A stretch of DNA of 63,872 nucleotides, the filler included, from Trichomonas gallinae (lineage: Eukaryota): the NCBI GenBank assembly GCA_008369845.1. It is 11 parts of 11 records of this genome, joined end to end, with 100 filler letters (N's around TTAATTAATTAA, not from the genome) between each part and the next. Parts side by side here need not be neighbours in the genome. Positions count along the whole stretch, not along the records: positions 1 to 26,178 come from MRSU01000957.1; 10 more parts are not named here. One strand, written 5' to 3'. Shown in pieces: positions 10,085 through 22,100 of the stretch. Both the position numbers and the translations under genes were made by a program. Positions within the stretch are counted from its first letter, which is position 1; each line of letters opens with the position of its first letter. The notes beneath the pieces are model-generated. The model had not been told where the DNA came from. It worked only from the letters and a program-made list of their open reading frames with translations, and did no database searches.

Positions 10085-11302
10085 ATGATTTTCATTCTTT
10101 TTTTCATTGTTTTACAAAACTCATCTTCATCACAAATAGACACAAATATCAAGAATTTGCATCCTAATAACGATGATCAACTTCTTGAACCAGATGTTAA
10201 TTTTTTTGAATACGATTTTAACCCTGATGCAAGAAATAACAATTCTCCGCCACAAGAATTCGCGAATAAAGTCTATACTAAAACATTACAAGTATCTAAC
10301 TGCGAAATTAAAATTCATAATTGCGCTTTTGTTAATATTTCGAGAACATCGGGCCAAGGTGGCCCAATCAACTTAAATTGCCCAGAATTCACCGTTACTC
10401 TTAATCATTCTTTGATGCACAATTGTTATTCTGCTTTAGGATCTGCAGGAGGCAGAATTATGTGTCACAATCTTCAAATCAATGGAATATGCATTGCGAA
10501 CTGCCATACTGACCGTAGTTTTAAAGTACAAGCGATAGAAACAAATTGCAAAGTCGGATATACTTACAATATAGCTATAGATAGCTGCGCACCTGCTAAT
10601 GTTCAATGTGGATTCACATGTTTTCTGTTTAAATGCCCAATTAATGAATACAAAGTTCAACATATTAATTTTACTAACAATAATTTGGCTGGTGAGGGAA
10701 CGTTCTTGAAACACATCGATACTAGCTACTGTGCAACAGTTTACGCTCACATTGCGAACAACAGAGGGGTAAATTCAACTTTAATCGGTGAAGGTACATC
10801 ATTAAACTGTGTTATGGCATTCAGAACAAATTATATCAACAACACAATTAGAATATTCTTTAATTTTGAAGCAGGAAGGGCAAAACAAATTACATATTCA
10901 ACATTCATTCAAAATAAATTTGTAAAGTTCTTTGGTGAAGTAAAAACAACAACTATGCAGATAGAACACTGCGATTTTGATAACAAATTAGATGATTTAG
11001 GCTATGCGCAATTTACAAATTGTATATTTGGTGATCTTGAGCCACATACAGCTATATTACAACCTATTGGTGATGGAGAATGCTCACTCTCTCCAACTCC
11101 TATACCAACACCGATTCCGCTTCCATTTTTCCAAAAATATAAATTATATGTTATAATTGGCTCATCTATTGTTGCTTTGTTATTAGTTGTTACAATCATA
11201 GCATTAATCATACACAGAAGGCGCATGATTCATCAGCAACAAATGGATGATTTGGCTTTTACTGGTGCTTACTTCAGAAGGTTCGCAAATAGCACTATTT
11301 AA
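10085..11302 (+). CDS. Type I membrane surface protein with parallel beta-helix-like ectodomain
   Basis: Signal peptide, Cys/Asn-rich repeats (NCAFVN, GGPINL), PTPIPTP stalk, TM helix then HRRR; TCACTTT Inr upstream. Confidence 0.75.
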   Translation: MIFILFFIVLQNSSSSQIDTNIKNLHPNNDDQLLEPDVNFFEYDFNPDARNNNSPPQEFANKVYTKTLQVSNCEIKIHNCAFVNISRTSGQGGPINLNCPEFTVTLNHSLMHNCYSALGSAGGRIMCHNLQINGICIANCHTDRSFKVQAIETNCKVGYTYNIAIDSCAPANVQCGFTCFLFKCPINEYKVQHINFTNNNLAGEGTFLKHIDTSYCATVYAHIANNRGVNSTLIGEGTSLNCVMAFRTNYINNTIRIFFNFEAGRAKQITYSTFIQNKFVKFFGEVKTTTMQIEHCDFDNKLDDLGYAQFTNCIFGDLEPHTAILQPIGDGECSLSPTPIPTPIPLPFFQKYKLYVIIGSSIVALLLVVTIIALIIHRRRMIHQQQMDDLAFTGAYFRRFANSTI

Positions 11303-11787
11303 TGCGAGAACTGTTTAATTTTGTTTTTATTTTAACTTTGTTATTTAAACATTTGATTTACATGACATATTTTTTTTACATGTCAAAATAAACCATATTT
11401 CTTTCCAGCGGAGTCATAATTTCGACTATTCAATATGAAAATCGAACATATAAGATTATCTTTCTCTAATGCTATTATGGTATATAGTTCACTATCATTT
11501 TTACCTATTGAATTAATTCAGTTCTAATCGCTTCCACTAGAAAATGTTGAAATTTAACATGATGAGTTTTTAGACAAATTAATTGATAATTCCATATAAT
11601 GAACTGATTTATGTTATTTATTTTTGCTAGCTACAAAATTATATTTATACTATCTTGTAATATAATCATCGTCAACGCATATTTCCACTAGATCTCGTAT
11701 TTATCTTCATGAATTTTATCGCATTAAAAGATTTAGCATTAAATAATTAACATTTAAAAACATAAAACAAACATTATATAATAAGAA

Positions 11788-14136
11788 TTAGTGCTGCATA
11801 TTTGAAACGAAGTTGTTGAACTGTTCATCAGGGGCGTCGTTGTTTCCGATTAAAACAACCAAAGATAATATCAACTGGTTGAATCGGTCTAGAATCATAA
11901 GAACAGACTTTCCAGCGTTTGTGTTGATATCTGATCTAGTCTGTGCAGCTTTGAGTTGTGTGACGGCATCATTGATATAATGGCGAGCGTCAGCTTGCGA
12001 AACAGTGTTTCCTTCTGAAAAATGTGCGAACAAAGAACTTAATATTGGAGCGAAGCTCTTCATCAATGTTATCGAGGCCGCAGTTTTGACCAACTTCTTG
12101 TTGACTTTGGAAAGAAATGTTGATATCTGTCTGTCGATCAAAGACAAATCCACTTCATTGTTCGTTGAGAAGATTTCGCGAATGTTATTAAGAGAAATTG
12201 AGTGATTGACATAATTCTCAACAGCAAACAAAGTTGTTATTGACTGCGAAGGCAGATTAATCATGTTCCTCTCTAATACAGATATAATATAATTTTTCAC
12301 TTGCTGGACTTCATCGAAACATGTTCTATACTTGTCTTTTAAGTCTTTAATGGAGTTCGTAATAAAGCTCAATATATCATCAATGCTTTCGAAATTGCTA
12401 GGCTTGCCTAATAATGCTGCGATTTCTTTGAGCTTAGGAACTTGTATATCTTCATCATGAATATTATTATTGCTATTATTTCGCTCTACTTGTTGAGTAT
12501 CTTTCAGTGACTTGTTTTGTTCGATTAAAGTGTTGATTCTCGATAAAGCGACATCTCTCTTGTTTTCTGATTCCGTGCCATCATTGGGAAGCAAGTCTAA
12601 AAGTAAATCGAGGAATTTTCCGTAGTTAGCATCTCCTCGTTTTTGATTTAGTTGCCATTCATATGTTTGTATCCTTGATTTAATGCCATCGAGGATTGCA
12701 TCGACTGGTGACTGCTCTGGTTTCACAACGCAGCATAAATATTCTATGATTGGCTGCAGGTTTGGAGCTTCTTTCATCTTTTGCAGTTCTTCGATTTCGT
12801 TCATTTTCCTATGGCAACAGTCTGTTAATGATTCATCTGGCTCGCAAGAAAGAATATCGCAGCATGCATCAATATCGTCGTTTAATTCAACGATTATTCC
12901 TTTTATTGATTCAATTAAAAAATCATCATCTGTATAATCTTCTTCTTCCTCTTCTTTAGTTGGCATCTTGTTTTCTTTGATTACTTCTATGAGGTCTTCG
13001 ACGAGTTTTTGATGGTTATTCTGTGGAATTAATGATTTTAATTTTAATGTTTCGGCAACCATGATATCTTTTTGGCTTTTGCCTATTTCAACTTGCTTTA
13101 TGAGATCACTGTTGGCATCTGTGAGCTCCATAGCTTTTACTTTCAAAAACTCGAGATAATCAATGATTGATGATCTTGAGTAAAAGAGATTATCGATAAG
13201 ATTAGTGGATTCATTAAGTATATCTATCAATGACATGGATGGGCTAAAATATTGATCTAATTTCTGTGCAACTTCTGTAATATTCAAATTTTTGAAAACA
13301 CTCGCGATAATTCGCTTTGTTTTTGTTAATTGATTAACAATCTCTGCTATGTTTTTCGTGCTGGATGAGAATCCATTGCATCTCCGAATAATTTCGCTTG
13401 AAGATTGAAAAATTCGAGATCTCATTGCAGAAAGCTCCGAAGGCATTATATTGACATTAGCAAAATCATGCAGGAATGCATTGTTGCAATCACGAGTGAA
13501 AAGTGTAACAGGCTCAACTAAATTTTTACATTCTTCAAAATTTTCTGATTCTTGTAGTTTTCGATACGATTTTTGTATTTCTGTGAATTGATTTGTGAGT
13601 AATTGACAAGTCCTTGATGCTGATCTTTGATTTACAAGGTCTTGTGTGCATGAAAATTGAATATATTCCAGACAAGATGTGATTGACTGAATATTAGAAT
13701 CAAGTGTAAGCATAGCTGCTGATCTTGACTTTTCTTTGATTTTGGAGACTTCAAGTTCAAATAATTTCCAAGTGTTAATAAAATCGTAGGCTTCTGTCTT
13801 TAATTCTTTGAAAGCAAATTCATTTGCCTGATTCTTCTGTAATGATGGCATCAAAGCTGCATTTTTAAGAGCTGATGTATAAAAATCATTAAAAGTCGAC
13901 TTTAATTTTGGCATTTTCGTATTGAATATTGATGCACCTGAGAATTCAGACCCTTCTAATACAGTAAATTGAGAAATAAGATTACAAAACTGATTGAATG
14001 CATCTTTTAATCGAGGTAAACTGGATGTTGAAGGCACTGATGATGTAGAATTTGATCCCTGTATTCGCTTAACAGTTGGTTTTTGAGAATTTTTCAGTAT
14101 TGGTCTAGTTAAAGTTGTGCCTGTTTTTTCATTCAT
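11788..14136 (-). CDS. Long coiled-coil/helical protein of unknown function
   Basis: 782-aa open frame with heptad-rich segments; ATG at 14136 follows AAAAGTGAC. Confidence 0.8.
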   Translation of the reverse strand: MNEKTGTTLTRPILKNSQKPTVKRIQGSNSTSSVPSTSSLPRLKDAFNQFCNLISQFTVLEGSEFSGASIFNTKMPKLKSTFNDFYTSALKNAALMPSLQKNQANEFAFKELKTEAYDFINTWKLFELEVSKIKEKSRSAAMLTLDSNIQSITSCLEYIQFSCTQDLVNQRSASRTCQLLTNQFTEIQKSYRKLQESENFEECKNLVEPVTLFTRDCNNAFLHDFANVNIMPSELSAMRSRIFQSSSEIIRRCNGFSSSTKNIAEIVNQLTKTKRIIASVFKNLNITEVAQKLDQYFSPSMSLIDILNESTNLIDNLFYSRSSIIDYLEFLKVKAMELTDANSDLIKQVEIGKSQKDIMVAETLKLKSLIPQNNHQKLVEDLIEVIKENKMPTKEEEEEDYTDDDFLIESIKGIIVELNDDIDACCDILSCEPDESLTDCCHRKMNEIEELQKMKEAPNLQPIIEYLCCVVKPEQSPVDAILDGIKSRIQTYEWQLNQKRGDANYGKFLDLLLDLLPNDGTESENKRDVALSRINTLIEQNKSLKDTQQVERNNSNNNIHDEDIQVPKLKEIAALLGKPSNFESIDDILSFITNSIKDLKDKYRTCFDEVQQVKNYIISVLERNMINLPSQSITTLFAVENYVNHSISLNNIREIFSTNNEVDLSLIDRQISTFLSKVNKKLVKTAASITLMKSFAPILSSLFAHFSEGNTVSQADARHYINDAVTQLKAAQTRSDINTNAGKSVLMILDRFNQLILSLVVLIGNNDAPDEQFNNFVSNMQH

Positions 14137-14500
14137 TGTCACATTTCCTTGTCACTTTTACAACATCAAAATTAATTAACACATCAAAATTAATTAAAAA
14201 TCATTGATGATGTCATTTCTATTATATATAAGGACAATATACTATAGATAATTCGTTGAAATGACATTAGTATAGTCAACATTGGCTGCATGCTACACAT
14301 TTCTATGCAATTAGGTATTAAATTCAACCATAAGAAATGTTGCATTATTACAAATGAGGGTTATCGATACTATGATCGTGCTACGTATTATTCAGCATAA
14401 ATTAGTTAAATTGGTTATTAATTCTGATTCGAATAACTTTTGACATGTAAATTGTAAATTTGTCATATGAAATGTCAAAAGAATTAAGGTTAACTTTCAA

Positions 14501-15706
14501 ATGAAGTCTGATTTTATTGAAGTTTTCTCTAGAAACGAATTAAGTTCATTTATGGAGCCTGACCTTTTTATTATCAATAAGAAGAAGAGCTATGGAATTA
14601 ATTCGTTTGTTGCCTCAACTAAATCAAAATATATTTACGATTTAATTACAGAAGATATATCGATCGATACAATACACACACACTTCGATACTAGTCATTT
14701 AATGCCGATAATTCAGTTTTTAAATGGAAAACAAGCAGATCTTTCTAAACCAGACGAAGATCATTTAAAAATCGCGATTTTCTTTAGTATACAAACACTA
14801 GTAGACTTGATTTTCGTAGATATAGGGAAATCATACACGAATTCGAAATTAATTAAACTAATTTACAAAATGTATAAAAATAAATTAAATTTATCAAATG
14901 CTATTGCATTTCTATGCTGTAAACAAGTGGAAAATACAATATCAGGGCCAGATTTGAAAGATTTACTAGATTATCCTTTAGATTTTATTTGCATATTTCT
15001 TCAAAGTCCATATTTTGAGGTCAAAGACTCTGAAAAGACAGAATTCATGTTAAATATCTTAAATAAAGATAAATCAGCGATTAAAATACTAAAATACATC
15101 GACTTAGTCGATATATCAAATCCGGAATTAAAAAAAATTGTTTCAAGTCCACAAACAAACATAAATTATCTTCGAAAATCTTTACTTACACCTAGTATTT
15201 CATCGAAAATCAAATTTACAACTTTACGATTTGATTATAATCCAGATTCACCAAACAATGGTATTTTGCATTCGCAAGTCAAATTTACTATATCAGCTTC
15301 AGAATTTCACCCGAATCACGGCCCAGAATGCGTTTTAGCCTATGATGATTCATATTATTGCTCAACATCTGGCCCTCTAGCATATATATTATTTGATTTC
15401 ACTCCTGCTACCATAGAACCAGTTGGTGTTCTTTTGCGCTCATGGGCACACGGATCAAATAAAGTTGTTCCAAACACAATTCGAGTTTCTGTTGGTTTTA
15501 AGTCCCAGGAATTGAAATCATATATAATCAGGTTAAAAGAACAGTTGTTAGGTGACAAGAAAATGTACTATGTTGAATTTCCCAAAAATATAGAAATGTG
15601 CTCAATGATACAAATTGAGCAAACAGAATGTCTCCATCCTGTTAAGCAAGTATTTGCTTTATCATTTGTAGAGTTTTTCGGCAAAATCTCATTTATCGAA
15701 CATTAA
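14501..15706 (+). CDS. BTB-like plus F5/8 type C (galactose-binding-like) domain protein
   Basis: N-terminal FIINKKKSY..ASTKSKYIYDL BTB-like segment; C-terminal YYCSTS..YILFDF..LLRS..LSFVEFFG discoidin-like motifs. Confidence 0.7.
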   Translation: MKSDFIEVFSRNELSSFMEPDLFIINKKKSYGINSFVASTKSKYIYDLITEDISIDTIHTHFDTSHLMPIIQFLNGKQADLSKPDEDHLKIAIFFSIQTLVDLIFVDIGKSYTNSKLIKLIYKMYKNKLNLSNAIAFLCCKQVENTISGPDLKDLLDYPLDFICIFLQSPYFEVKDSEKTEFMLNILNKDKSAIKILKYIDLVDISNPELKKIVSSPQTNINYLRKSLLTPSISSKIKFTTLRFDYNPDSPNNGILHSQVKFTISASEFHPNHGPECVLAYDDSYYCSTSGPLAYILFDFTPATIEPVGVLLRSWAHGSNKVVPNTIRVSVGFKSQELKSYIIRLKEQLLGDKKMYYVEFPKNIEMCSMIQIEQTECLHPVKQVFALSFVEFFGKISFIEH

Positions 15707-16193
15707 TATGTTCTTATGTATTGCTTCTCTTTGTTGTTTATTAAATTTGTTTATTTACTATTCTAATACTCATTATTTAACTCAAAGATTTATCAGAGAC
15801 TGAAGAAGTATGGAATTTAGTTTACATCTATTCCAAGAACTGTAAGAAGGAGTTTCAAAATTACTTAAAAGTAAGTATTTTGTAAAATGGCATTATTGCT
15901 AAACATGTTATCCATATTTTATTAGCTATTATTCACATTTCAGCTTTTAATATTAGAACAGATATACATGCTTGGAATAAACACAGAAAAATTTCAAATA
16001 ACAAGTCTCGAAGACAGCAACATGCATTGTATGATGCTCGAAGTATGATTTCCTTTTCTAAATGAATTAGGAATGAATATTTTATAAAGTAATATAACCA
16101 ATTGGATAAGTATCTAAGTGTAGATGATAGATATTAGATATTAATAAAACAAATAAATATTTATGACAAAAATAAAAAACAAAAAATGAAAAA

Positions 16194-19100
16194 TTATGCG
16201 GAATATCTCTTAGATTTTCTCGCTGATCTTGGTTTTGCGATTTTAACACGGCCGATTTGATCTCTATTTCTTCGTGCAGTGTTTTCCTGTCTTGTTCTTG
16301 CGCTTTCAGGCATCGTTGTATCGATTGCTGGCATCGTGATTTGCGGTGGAATATAATCAGGCATCTTTCCAAATATATCGAAAACGTATTCAGCTTCTTC
16401 AGTGTCAACAATCAATGTTCCTCTTACAAGTTTTCCGTATGTTCTAGGTAGGAACATTATGTCGAATGGTAGTTCAGCGATGTCTGCCTCATTCGGCTCC
16501 AAAATTCCATCGCTCATTGAAATAGAAAGCTCGTTGGCAGATCCTTGCATGAAGTAGGCGTGGAATTCTGTATCTTCTTCAACAGGATCTTCAAGATACA
16601 ACCTTGCCTTGGCGACTTTTCCTAGTGTTGATATAATAGTCAATTTCTTCGAGATTAATGTTGGCTCAACGTGGATTTTAACTGGGAACTGCCATGTCTG
16701 CTTTTGCGAATTTTCAATCTTGAAGTGAATTACTGTGTCTATTGGCCTCTTAGGAGAGAAAGCAGCGCGAACTTTGAGCATCATCGTGTAGTTTGCGTTA
16801 TAAACTTCTTCAGGATAAACCTCTATGTATTTGGATATCCAGTCATTTCCGTTTGCGTAATCAACTGTAATCATGTAATCAGATGGTTTTAATTTTAATG
16901 TTTCGCCAGCCAAAGGCAAATCGAATGTCTTCCTGATTGTTGTATTTGCTCTTCCGTGTAGTTCTGGTGTTGACGTGTCAGCGTTTTGTGTCGCAATGCC
17001 GATCAATGGGAAGTTCCATGATATTTGTGCGCCTTTTCCTGTCGTCGAGACAATAATCGTTCCATTGAATTGACCGAGTTTGTTTGACGTGAACGTGAAA
17101 GAAATGTGTTGTGACTCGCCATATTCTGTGAATTGATAAGCCCTTCGCTTCGATAACAGCTTGAAATGAGTTTCATCGTTGTCATTGATCAGCGTCGCTT
17201 CAAACATGCATGGGAACGAGAAAGGATTTGAGAAGACAACAGATGCTGTGACAGGAGTGTTGAGACATGACTCGACAATCATCGGTGACAGCTGTTGAGG
17301 TGGTTTTCCATAACCTGTGACATTGAAGACCCAGTTTCCAGCATCTTTCGAGAAGAATCTGATGCAGCCAACTTCTTTCGTTCCGATTTTTGATGGCGTG
17401 TATTTGAGCTCGATGTTTTTAGATTCTTTAGGGTCAATCGTGAATGTCGGTTTGGACATCACATGGAAGACATCAGCATTGTCAACGTCGAATCTGAAAC
17501 TTGCCAATTTCTTTGATGGATTCTCAATTTGAATCATTGTTGATGAACTAGAGCCAATCATTGCCTTGAATGGTGCCAAAACGCAAGGCAAAGCTGTGTC
17601 AACGACGATGTTCATCAAATAGTTGTATTCTCCTTCATCATTGTTGTAGAAACAAACATATGATGTTCTCTTCATAGCAAAAAGTGGATTGAAATCAATT
17701 GTGTATACAAATGAGCTCTTAGGAGGAATAATTATCTTGGATTCGCCGGTAAGGTCATTGTCTGAAAACATGACATCGAATGAGACATGTATATTCTTAG
17801 GATTCAATACTGGGAACGTCACTTGTATAGGTTGTCTTTCAACTGTGTGAACTTGAATGACTTCTTCTGGGTCTGGGCGAGAAACTTCGACTTCAATAAT
17901 ATACCAGATGAAAGAATTGGAGCCAATATCAGTTACAGTCAGTTGTCCACAAGCTACTCCACTTCTTAACGCGTAAACATTCAGAACAAGTGGAACATTA
18001 GGTTGGCCGTTTTGGTAAGAAATAAACTGAGGGAAAGTTATGACAGGAATGTCAGATGAAACTTTTGCAGTTCCATTCTGCAAGAAAGTCGAAGGGAGAT
18101 TGATAGTGTAAGTTTGTCTCCTTCTTGCTTGCACTTTGATTGAGATCTTTTCTTCAGCTAAAGGCTCGGTAACTGTTGCTTGTAGTTGATAGTTTACCGT
18201 TGACTCTTTCGCTATATTATTAATCGAAAGATTTCCTCTAAATGTTCCCATCCTCTTTGACTTGAAGTTAATAGGCAGACTCTGTTGCGACTGAGGCTTA
18301 AGAGAGAACTTTGTCGGAATCTCGAACTCCGAGTCACCTGTGTAAGTAATCTTGAAAAGCCATGTTTGATCTGATGGATTTGAAAATGGCAGTTCTTGTA
18401 ATATTGGTTTTCCTGCTGTTGTGTCAAAGAACAGAGTAATGTTCTTTGTCTGTGGTGTTGCAACACCATTGATCTTTATTGTTCTCGTATCCCACAGTGA
18501 CTGCAGAACAATCCTGCATGTGTATGAGCCAGCTTTTGGCGGATGGAAAGTTAATGGAATTGTCTGAGAATCAGGCATCTTTAGTGTGAATTCGCTTGGA
18601 CCAGTGAAGTGCTGGCTTGAATATGTTACTGTGTATTTAGTTTCCAAATTCTTCATGATACTGTTCAAAATTTCTCTTGTTGTTGAATTCACCAAATCTT
18701 TGAATTTGTTTTCTGGCAAAGGCCACTGATAAGAGCTCGAAAGCTTGATTCTTGAGAAAGCAAGAGCTTGTGCCAATAACTTGTTGGCCGCTTCGATTGT
18801 AACAGTTGCACACTGCTTCGAGTTTTCTTCGCACTTGACGGTTGTTGTTGATTCGACATCAATGTTAACTTCACCTTCAGCGTTTAATTCGTAAACGAAT
18901 TCACCATTTTGCTGTGAGCTCAATAAAATCTGCATCTTATAGTTTCCTACGCAAATTGGGATGAAAATAATATTCAAAGGAACTTCTGTATCAGGAGAAT
19001 CAGGCAGCATGATTGTTCCTTCATCGATCACAAATGGAACGTGAATTGTGATTTCGCTTTCGATGTTTTTAGACGAAAGATTTCTTGTTATTGATTTCGC

Positions 19101-22100
19101 TGCTTGAACGAATTCTTTGAGTTCCTGCATCGGAACGTTGTAGCCTTGTTCAGTCTTGATTGAATATTGATAGCTGATGTTAAACTTTCCGCCACGACGT
19201 GTTTCATTCTTGATTGGAAGAGTGAAAGTTGTTGGCGAATAAAGCAGACCTTTCATGTTGAAAGTCTTGATCGGTTTCGTAATCAATACATTTGAAACCA
19301 AAGAAACAACAATCGAAGAAACTTGAACAGGAGCATTTGATGATGCCGGCCTGTTCGGCAATAAATGTATTGTTGCCTTATCAGTGTTGTGGCTTCTTGC
19401 GAAATAAGTGATTGGAATGTTGATCGTTTTCGCGACAGGTAAAACAACTTTCTTGACATCGCATGAAAAGTTTTCGCTACCTGAGAGATTCACAGTGTAT
19501 ACAATCTCGGATCTTGATGGATTAGAAAGAGTTAACTGCTGTGTGATTGTTTCATTCAGTTCGCATTCGAATTCCAATGTTTTAGTTGGAACGTAATGCG
19601 GTAGTGTCTGGAAAACTTCGAAAGCCATCAAAGCCAACGTTGGCTCATTTCCATGTAACAAAGCTGGTGTGTCTGGTGTAAAGCCTAACTTGAGAGATTG
19701 GATGAGTTTCTGTAATGAGAAAGCATTTTCTTCCATGCTGTCGCAATGCTTGTAAGCTGCATTTGGAACTAATTGAGTGAAGCAAGCTGCCAAAACTTGT
19801 GGATTTCTTAGATCCAAGAAAGAATGAACAGGAACGAAATTATCCATGCCACGTTTTGACAGACAATAATATGCTGAAACCCATTTCATCAGCGCACCTT
19901 CATGCAACGATAAAATGTTTGAGCCTGATAATAATCTTGGTGGTTTGTTGACATCATTGTAAATGTTGTCTTTTCCACCTTGTTTCAGCAACTTAAGAGC
20001 ATCGTTGAATCCTGGAATTTGTCCCATTTTTTCAGCATCGAATTTCGTCATTAAGAAACTCTTGAGAACCTGGTTAATTAAATAGAGCCATGATTCTTGT
20101 GATAATGGCTTGTATAGCTTCTCGATTATCTTCTTTCTTTCCGATAATTTCTCCATGAATAGCTTCGATGAGGTGTATTTGCTCATCGATTTCGCGTTGA
20201 TCGTTGAGATGTCTGGAGCTTGATAGTAATCAATGCCTAAAGCTTGTCTGATGATCTTCTTGTGATAGAATTCCATAAAATCATCTTTCTTCAGCAAATA
20301 TTCTGGCCTTATCCTGGAAACGTGGCATCCATAACCCATAAGATTCGTCAGCAATGATTTGAATTTCGCTAAAGGTGTCGAATTGTCTCCTGGCTTTGAG
20401 TTTCTCTTTCCTGATAGATTGTCAATCATTTCGTAAAGTAGATCGCCTCCTGAATTAGAGAATGATTCTGGATATTGAGTGATTTTTGTTGATAAAACAA
20501 AAGCATTCAAAAATGAAACCATGAAATTAATTGAAATTTCATTTGCTTTGTAGCTTCTCATCTTCTTTAAGTCATCATAATTTCCTTGGTTGTTGGCAAA
20601 CTGTGCGATGAAATCATCTGGAATCTGGTTCTTTGTAGAGGCAGTAATTGGCCTGCCAATGATATAAGCGATGTTGAAGCATGAGAAAGATAAAACAGGA
20701 TAAAGCGTGAAAACAGAATTGTCAGTGCAAACAGACACGGAAACATTATATGAGTTTCCTGTTGAATCGACGATGGCAATCATAGTTGAAAATGACATTG
20801 GTTTGTCAGAAACGAAAGAAACATTCATCAGTGTCGAAGACAATGAATGCTGAAGCATGTTACCTTCAGGAAAAGTAATAGAAAGTGGGAAGTTCTTCTC
20901 AGAGATTGGAAGAATTGCGTCAAGTTTTGAGTCAATGAATCTTGTGTTGATGATTCTTATTGTCTTCTCTGATTTGATGTTGAGTGGGACAATTGGCAAC
21001 ACAATGTTGTCTACTTCAGCTCTGAATGTCTTAGTGTAGCCGGATCCTGTAAGCATCATTCTTGAAGTAATTATTTCATCTTCGCGTTCCGGTTTTGCGT
21101 AGATTGTCAATGTAGAAATAACAGGATCAGCAACTTGAGGCCTGAATGTAACAACAACAGAGATTTCTTCATTCACAGGAACAACGCCATCTTTCGGTTC
21201 GATTAAATAGATTTCGTCGCTGATTGTTGAATCCAATCTAAACGACACGTTCTTGTTGCATTTGTTCCTCAACAAGAATCTCTTCATGTTCGGTCTGATG
21301 TTTGGATTCAGTGCATCATAGAGAGGTGTCAAGCCGAAATCAATGGCATTCATTGATGCAACTAATGGAGATTGTATGGATTCAGCGATAACCATCGGCT
21401 GAACATTTGACGTGATAAAAGTGTTGTCAGCCATTTGCAGTGGCATTTCGAAGGTGAAATCACCGACAATTGTTGGCTTAAATATCAGATCAAATGAGAC
21501 TTGAGAACCGGCAATGATTGTTATCTTGTATATTGCACCTTGTGTTGATTTGACTGTTGTGGTCAAATCATAGGATGAAAGTGTCGACATTGTAGTGTTA
21601 ATAATTGAATTTTGCGTGCCTGTTAGATTCGTGTTTCCTAGCTCTTGGTCGTATTCTATTGCGAACTGCTCATAAGCAAGCATATCTAGTGTAACAATTG
21701 CTGGGATATGGCCAGTATTTTTGATGGTGAAACGTCTTGATTCTGTGTTTCCGACAAAAATTTTGCCGAAATCTAAATTCTCGAATAACAGCTCAATCTG
21801 CGGATTTTCTGCGTGTCCTGTTATATTGACATACTGTGTGTTCTGTCCGCAAATGACAATTTCTATTTTCTCTTTGATTGCAATTGGCTTTGTGCATCTT
21901 GCTGTAACAACGAAATTGACCTGTTCGCTTGGCAAAATTTTTCCTTGTGTTGGAATAATTGTTATATCTTCCGATTCAAGAGGAGTAACGAAGAAAATCG
22001 CCTGGTCAGTTCCAGTGTTCTTCATGTTGAATTCTCTTGCGTTGCAGATTCCAAGCGAAATCAATTCGAAGTCAATCAAATTCTTGTCAAGAGATATAAT